64,000 nt of DNA from Candidatus Latescibacterota bacterium. GTDB lineage: Bacteria > Latescibacterota > UBA2968 > UBA8231. Both the position numbers and the translations under genes were made by a program. Below, piece by piece: positions 58,874 through 64,000 of the stretch; positions within the stretch are counted from its first letter, which is position 1, and the number at the start of each line of letters is the position of its first letter. The notes below the pieces were generated by a model. It saw nothing but the letters and a program-made list of their open reading frames with translations, did no database searches and was not told the DNA's origin. The stretch lies in the NCBI GenBank assembly GCA_965248355.1, contig OZ252098.1, positions 800,001 through 864,000 of the forward strand, given 5' to 3'.

Positions 58874-60276
58874 AGTTATCCAGTACTGGGGCACTGAAGC
58901 CGTATCCGGAGATGAAGGACTCCGGTGTAGAATGGCTGGGGGGCGTGCCGATGCATTGGGAGGGGCGTCGGCTACGCACCTTGGTCAGGATCATAAATGG
59001 TGCTACGCCTGCAAGTGGGGAGCCAAGGTATTGGGATGGTCAGATCACCTGGATTACGCCGGAGGATCTTGGCAAGTTGTCCGGCGAGTACGTTGGAGAA
59101 AGTGGACGACAGATAACAACTGAGGGCTATGATGCTTGTGGAACAACCCTCGCGCCATCAGGAAGTGTCGCTCTGTCGATAAGAGCACCGATCGGCCACC
59201 TCGGGTTACTGACTTCAAGCGCCTGCGTGAATCAAGGTTGCCGATTGTTGGTCCCGGGTGACGCGCTCCGTTCTTCTTTTTTGTATCAGGCACTCAAGAC
59301 TGCACGGGGGGAATTAGCATCTCTGGGCCAAGGTACGACTTTTTCGGAACTCCCTGCGGGTAAGTTGGCCGATCTACGCATGACGCTCCCGCCCCTCGCC
59401 GAACAAACTGCCATCGTCTGCTTCCTCGACCACGCCGACCGGCGCGTCCGGCGCTACATCCGCGCCAAGCAGAAGCTGATCGCGCTGCTGGAGGAGCAGA
59501 AGCAGGCCATCATTCACCAGGCCGTCACGGGCCAGATCGACGTCCGAACCGGCGAGCCGTACCCATCATACAGGGTCTCCGGTGTGGAGTGGCTAGGGGA
59601 TGTGCCTGGGCATTGGGAGGTCCCTGCTTTGCACCACAGATACTCGCAGTGCCTAGGTAAGATGCTGGACTCCAAACGACTTACCGGAACGCACTCGGTT
59701 CCGTATCTGCGGAATGTTGACGTTCAGTGGGACCAGATCAACACCAAGGACCTTCCCAGTATGGATATCCCGCCAGACGAATACGAGCGCTACACCGTTC
59801 AAGAGGACGACTTGCTCGTATGCGAAGGGGGGGAGATAGGCCGCTGCGCTCTGTGGTCGGGTGAAGTGGCCATATGCGGATTTCAAAAGGCGCTTCACCG
59901 GCTCCGCCCTCGCAATGCCCGCCAGGATGTTCCACGGTTCATGCACTATGCCCTCCGTGCTGCGGCGAAAGGCAACGCTTTCAGTGATGGACATCTCAGT
60001 ACTATCGCCCACCTGACAGGTGAAAAGCTGAGATCACACCGCTTCCCATTCCCGCCCGTAGCAGAGCAAGAATCGGTGGTCCGCTTTCTCGATGGCGTTC
60101 TGAATCAGGCTGACCATTCGGTTTCTTGCGTCCGCCGCCAAATCGACGTCCTCCGCGAATACCGCACCCGTCTGATCGCCGATGTCGTCACCGGCAAGCT
60201 GGACGTGCGCGAGGCGGCGCCTGGATTACCTGAGACAGACGTCCCCAGCGATACCCCTGAGTCGGCAGAAGAGTAA
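58870..60276 (+). CDS. hsdS: type I R-M specificity subunit HsdS
   Basis: Two repeats of SGVEWLG.VP.HWE and of PP..EQ..(I/V)V.FLD; two variable TRDs; LIADVVTGKLDVR. Confidence 0.93.
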   Translation: MKLSSTGALKPYPEMKDSGVEWLGGVPMHWEGRRLRTLVRIINGATPASGEPRYWDGQITWITPEDLGKLSGEYVGESGRQITTEGYDACGTTLAPSGSVALSIRAPIGHLGLLTSSACVNQGCRLLVPGDALRSSFLYQALKTARGELASLGQGTTFSELPAGKLADLRMTLPPLAEQTAIVCFLDHADRRVRRYIRAKQKLIALLEEQKQAIIHQAVTGQIDVRTGEPYPSYRVSGVEWLGDVPGHWEVPALHHRYSQCLGKMLDSKRLTGTHSVPYLRNVDVQWDQINTKDLPSMDIPPDEYERYTVQEDDLLVCEGGEIGRCALWSGEVAICGFQKALHRLRPRNARQDVPRFMHYALRAAAKGNAFSDGHLSTIAHLTGEKLRSHRFPFPPVAEQESVVRFLDGVLNQADHSVSCVRRQIDVLREYRTRLIADVVTGKLDVREAAPGLPETDVPSDTPESAEE

Positions 60277-60292
60277 CAGAATCGAAAAGGAG

Positions 60293-60649
60293 GTGCCCGC
60301 ATGGCGGACTGGAGCCCGGCTCCGGGCGGCGGAGCTGGACATGTCGGTATCCGCCCTGGTCCTGGACTACCTGAGGAACTTGGTTGCAGACCGCGCCGTC
60401 CGAACAGCGGACAAGGGGCTGGACGTGGAGGCAGAGGCCGAACGTCGTCGTAGGATGTTGTGGGAGGTCGTTGAGAAGGTCACCGCCAAGGGCGGCGGAT
60501 TGCGTATGGCCGACAACCTGTCCCGGGAGGAGCTGTACGACCGGGCAAGGGCAAGGGCAAGGGCCGAGGCTCAGGCGGCGGCCCTCGCCGAACGCCAGGA
60601 CCTCAAGGGCGGGGCAAGATGGCGCAGACTGAGTACCTGGTCATTGTAG
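60293..60649 (+). pseudogene. 5'-truncated paralog of the RHH-type antitoxin at 60993-61298
   Basis: RAAELDMSVSALVLDYLR...GLRMADNLSREELYDRARARA matches the downstream gene; the N-terminal MKNITVSV strand is absent. Confidence 0.65.
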
Positions 60650-60840
60650 AGAGACATGGCCCCCGCGCATATGGGGCGTATGTGCCGGAACTGCCGGGCA
60701 TCGGTGTGGCCGGGAAAACGGAGGATGAGGTGCGTGACTTGGTCGCCGACGCGATCAGGCTGTATCTCGATGAGCTCGAGCGGGGCGGGGATCCAGCGAC
60801 GGATTCGGTCGTGGTGAACCACTACACGGTTACTGTTTGA
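60619..60840 (+). CDS. hicB: HicB-family antitoxin (orphan, short form)
   Basis: YLVIVE....YGAYVPELPG....GKT.DE......DAI..YL. Confidence 0.8.
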   Translation: MAQTEYLVIVERHGPRAYGAYVPELPGIGVAGKTEDEVRDLVADAIRLYLDELERGGDPATDSVVVNHYTVTV

Positions 60841-60968
60841 CCATAGGGGCCAGCAGCGAACGCGGCCTCGAACGCCTCATCTGTACGGCCCTGGCGGGCC
60901 AGCCCCTGAAGGCTCCCCCTCCGCCGGCGGTGTTGCCCATCGGCCATTGAGCACCTACTATTGTGCCA

Positions 60969-60981
60969 CACAGAAACTGTG
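60969..60981. promoter_or_regulatory. palindromic operator CACAG-AAA-CTGTG upstream of the vapBC-like pair
   Basis: Perfect 5-bp inverted repeat 11 nt upstream of the antitoxin ATG. Confidence 0.5.
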
Positions 60982-60992
60982 AGGCTGTGACC

Positions 60993-61298
60993 ATGAAGAA
61001 CATCACCGTATCCGTCGACGAACAGACCCACCGGCTCGCCCGCATCCGGGCGGCGGAACTGGACACGTCGGTATCTGCCTTGGTGCGGGACTACCTGAGG
61101 AGCCTGGCGTCCGGTAGCAGAGACGCGGAGAAAGAGGCCGAGCGTCGCCGTGAGCTGATGCGGCAGGTCTTTCAGGACTTCGATGCCCGTGGCGTCGGCC
61201 TGAGGATGTCCGACAATCTCACCCGCGAAGAGCTATACGACCGGGCCCGCGCGCGGGCGGAGGCCGAGGGTGAACGCCGGTCTCGCCCAACCGGGTAG
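60993..61298 (+). CDS. ribbon-helix-helix antitoxin (VapB-like)
   Basis: MKNITVSVDE...ARIRAAE..TSVSALVRDYL; LTREELYDR tail; directly upstream of a PIN gene. Confidence 0.8.
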   Translation: MKNITVSVDEQTHRLARIRAAELDTSVSALVRDYLRSLASGSRDAEKEAERRRELMRQVFQDFDARGVGLRMSDNLTREELYDRARARAEAEGERRSRPTG

Positions 61299-61303
61299 CT
61301 GCG

Positions 61304-61726
61304 GTGCGCCTCGTCGACACCAACGTGCTGCTGTACGCGGCGAGCCGGTTGCCTGAGGAGGCCGGCAAACGGGACCGCGCCCGTGAGCTTCTCGCGGGTA
61401 CCGACCTTGCCGTATCGGTGCAAGTCCTGCAGGAGTTCTATCACCAGGCAACGCGCTCGACTCGACCCGGAAGGCTGACTCATGACGATGCCTGGGTGTT
61501 CTTGGGGCCGGTCATGATGATTCCGGTCCAAGAGCTCACCCTCAGCATCTTCCAGGACGCGGTAGCCATCAGCCAACGCTTCCGGCTGTCCTGCTGGGAC
61601 GGTGCCATTCTTGCGGCGGCGCGCGCCTTGGGCTGCGATGCGGTCTACTCTGAGGACCTCGGTTCGGAACAGGACTACGATGGCCTCCGGGTCATAAACC
61701 CGTTCGTCGAGCTGGTAAGCTCATGA
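61304..61726 (+). CDS. vapC: PIN-domain toxin (VapC-like)
   Basis: VDTNVLLYA, SVQVLQEF, LS.WD..I.AAA, YSEDL and INPF motifs. Confidence 0.88.
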   Translation: MRLVDTNVLLYAASRLPEEAGKRDRARELLAGTDLAVSVQVLQEFYHQATRSTRPGRLTHDDAWVFLGPVMMIPVQELTLSIFQDAVAISQRFRLSCWDGAILAAARALGCDAVYSEDLGSEQDYDGLRVINPFVELVSS

Positions 61727-62002
61727 CCGCCGTGTTGGTGGAAGATCGTCGAATTACTGGGGATGGTAAAGTACTGTTGAATCGGGGAATGCCTTTCGTC
61801 AGGTGGTGGGGTTGCAGCTCGGTGGATCGCTATTCGTACCCACCTAATAGAGAAGGACGACAAGCGAATGGAACTTGAAACGACCACGAAGGTGCCAGTG
61901 CAGAAGCTTCGACTGGATGGCAGTAACCCGCGGCTGCTAGGGCAAGCGGAGGATGCATCCGACGAGTCGATCATCGCGCGGCTCTACCTCTCGGCGGAGC
62001 TC

Positions 62003-63426
62003 GGGCAAGTCCCATTCTCAGTTGAAACGTAGCCCAGGCTCGAGTGGATGAGTCAGCCCGTCATCGCGAGCTGATGGATGCCGAGCTCGGCTTGGAGCGC
62101 TAGCCGGAGCATCGGCAGGTGGTGGTAGCCGTTGACCCGGCGCAGGCGAGGTTCGATGTCGAGCAACGCCGTGGCCACCCAGCGGTGACGCTGCGACGAG
62201 TTCGTCCAGCGCCGCACGTTGCGCGTCAACTGCTCCAGGAGACTGTTGACGTTCTCGATACAGTTGGTGGTTCGGAAGGAGGCCTTCAGCATCGGCATCA
62301 GGCCCAGGCGGTGGAGCGTGAGGGTTTCTTCCAGACCTTCCTCCAAGCTGCGCAGGGCCGACTGGTTCATCAACTGCAACCCCGGTTTCAGCGCCTCCAG
62401 GGCGGCTTGGGCCTCCTCGTACGTCGAGTGCCCATACGCCGCTTCCAGCTTTCGACGAAGGCCGGCCTGCTCGCTCTTGGGCAGGTACGAGACCACGTTC
62501 TGGCGCTTGTGATACTGGCATCGCTGCACGCAGGCATGGCCCTGGAGCACCGACCGCACCGCCTTGTACAGGCCCTGGCCTCCATCGATCACCACGAGCA
62601 GCCCGGCTTCGTATTGCAGGCCTCGCTCGACCAACTCCGCCAGGAAGCGACGACAGACCCGCTCGTTCTCGGTCGCCGCCTGCACGAAACCCAAGGGCAC
62701 TTTCAGGCCCTCCAGAGTCACACCCAGGGCGATGAGGATCTCCTCGTCGGCGAAGCTCTTGCCGTCCAGAAACAGCGCCACCAGGTCGTAGCCTTCCAAG
62801 GATCGCTGCTGGAATTCGGCCAGCTTGCGCGCCGTGCCTTTCACGTACCGGCGAGAGACCGAGGAACGGGACAGACCGAAGGCTTGCGGGACGGTCTCGG
62901 CGCAGGCCTCGTAGTTGCGCGTGGCCAAGCCCTTCAGCACCCGCAACAACAGCCCCTGGTCCATCTGCCTCGGCGTCTGCAGGGCCTGATAGGCCTCCAG
63001 CGGGACCTCGGTGCCGCGGACCACATCGCGCACGCGCGGCACCTCGACCGGCAGTTTCTGATCGCCCAGGTACACCGACCCGGCCTGCGCCCCCCAGCGG
63101 CGCAACGCCTGATCCGGACCCTTGCGCTGATACCGAGGTCCGGCCAAGGCCTCGACCGACTGCTGCAGCTCCTCCGAGACCGCCTGCAGACCCAAAGGGA
63201 TCAGCAGCTGGATGACCTCGATGCGAGTCTCCAGATCGTCCATCGACGCGGTGGCTTGGCGGTTCACGGGGCCGATGGCCACGGTCCGTTTGACGCCCTT
63301 CTTCCGTGCTTGTAGCTTGCTCATGGCAGGCTCCTTGGGTTACCGATACGAGGCTTCTTGGGGATTTCTCGTATCAAACGTAACGATGGGAGCCTGTGCT
63401 ATTTCAACTAAGATCGGGACAATGCC
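62003..63426 (-). mobile_element. IS256-family insertion sequence, copy 2 (1424 bp), 8-bp target duplication CGGAGCTC at 61995-62002 and 63427-63434
   Basis: Same IRs and length as copy 1, in the opposite orientation. Confidence 0.92.
62053..63324 (-). CDS. IS256 DDE transposase
   Basis: 423 aa; differs from copy 1 at about 9 residues by my count. Confidence 0.92.
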   Translation of the reverse strand: MSKLQARKKGVKRTVAIGPVNRQATASMDDLETRIEVIQLLIPLGLQAVSEELQQSVEALAGPRYQRKGPDQALRRWGAQAGSVYLGDQKLPVEVPRVRDVVRGTEVPLEAYQALQTPRQMDQGLLLRVLKGLATRNYEACAETVPQAFGLSRSSVSRRYVKGTARKLAEFQQRSLEGYDLVALFLDGKSFADEEILIALGVTLEGLKVPLGFVQAATENERVCRRFLAELVERGLQYEAGLLVVIDGGQGLYKAVRSVLQGHACVQRCQYHKRQNVVSYLPKSEQAGLRRKLEAAYGHSTYEEAQAALEALKPGLQLMNQSALRSLEEGLEETLTLHRLGLMPMLKASFRTTNCIENVNSLLEQLTRNVRRWTNSSQRHRWVATALLDIEPRLRRVNGYHHLPMLRLALQAELGIHQLAMTG

Positions 63427-64000
63427 CGGAGCTCGACGAGCTTCTTCAGTCGATATCCGCCAACGGGTACCTCGACATCGAGCCGCTCGTCGTCATGAGC
63501 GCGTCTGAAGATGACGCGCTGATCGTCCTTGAGGGAAACCGGAGGCTGGCCACGCTTCGTCTCTTGCTGGAACCGGCCTTGGTTGGCAGGATCGCGTTCT
63601 CGGAGAATACCCGTATAGCGGTGCCTGAGATCGACGATGCGGTGCGCAGTACCTTGGATCAAGTGTCAGTCTACCTTGTCGCAAGTCGGGAGCGGGCTCG
63701 TGCGTTCATAGGTTACAAGCACATCAACGGCCCGGCCAAGTGGGATGCTTACGCCAAGGCGCGTTTTGCAGCTAAGTGGTACCGGGAGGCCCGGGATGAT
63801 GGGGTGGACCTAGAACAGATCGCAACTGCAATCGGCGACCGACACGATACGATCAAGCGGATGGTGTCGGCAATCTACGTGCTGGAGCAGGCGAAAGAAG
63901 AGGACCTGTTCGAGATCGAAGATCGCCACAGTAGCAAGTTCAATTTCTCTCATCTGTACACGGCGCTTTCGCGTTCCCAGTACATGGAGTATTTGGGTCT

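Larger units (their letters stand above)
61868..64000 (+). pseudogene. ParB/Srx-like N-terminal-domain protein split by IS256 after codon 45; runs off the window
   Basis: MELETT...LD..NPRL...AEL joins in frame to DELLQSI..NGY...EPL.V...VLEGNRRLA... (63435-64000 is open). Confidence 0.8.

Noticed and set aside
58400..61800. Integron cassette array explaining the run of small TA genes
   Set aside because: No repeated attC-like sites and no integron integrase seen between or near the ORFs.
1533..63426. Composite transposon formed by the two IS256 copies
   Set aside because: Each copy has its own matching 8-bp target duplication and the outer flanks differ, so they are independent insertions.

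Overview
High-GC bacterial chromosome segment. The gene content (DUF6785-type membrane proteins, PhyH dioxygenases, BNR/sialidase proteins, a plant-type LRR protein with a FlgD-Ig/T9SS-like tail) resembles sponge-associated Latescibacterota/Gemmatimonadota-like symbionts; this is an inference, not a database result. From left to right: a higBA-type TA pair; a decayed methyltransferase hit by an IS256 copy; about 55 kb of metabolic genes; then a defence island. The metabolic stretch includes an alkyl-DHAP synthase followed by a DHRS7B-like reductase, an M28/DUF4910-AAC(3) fusion operon, a structured ~155-nt RNA with its own promoter and terminator, an IS630-split LRR gene and a glycan/transport cluster. 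In the defence island the type I R-M methyltransferase HsdM is fused in frame to a PIN ribonuclease domain. The hsd locus is interleaved with antitoxin and toxin genes and ends in a ParB-like gene split by a second IS256 copy. All assignments come from motif recognition by eye. I saw no rRNA, tRNA or CRISPR array.
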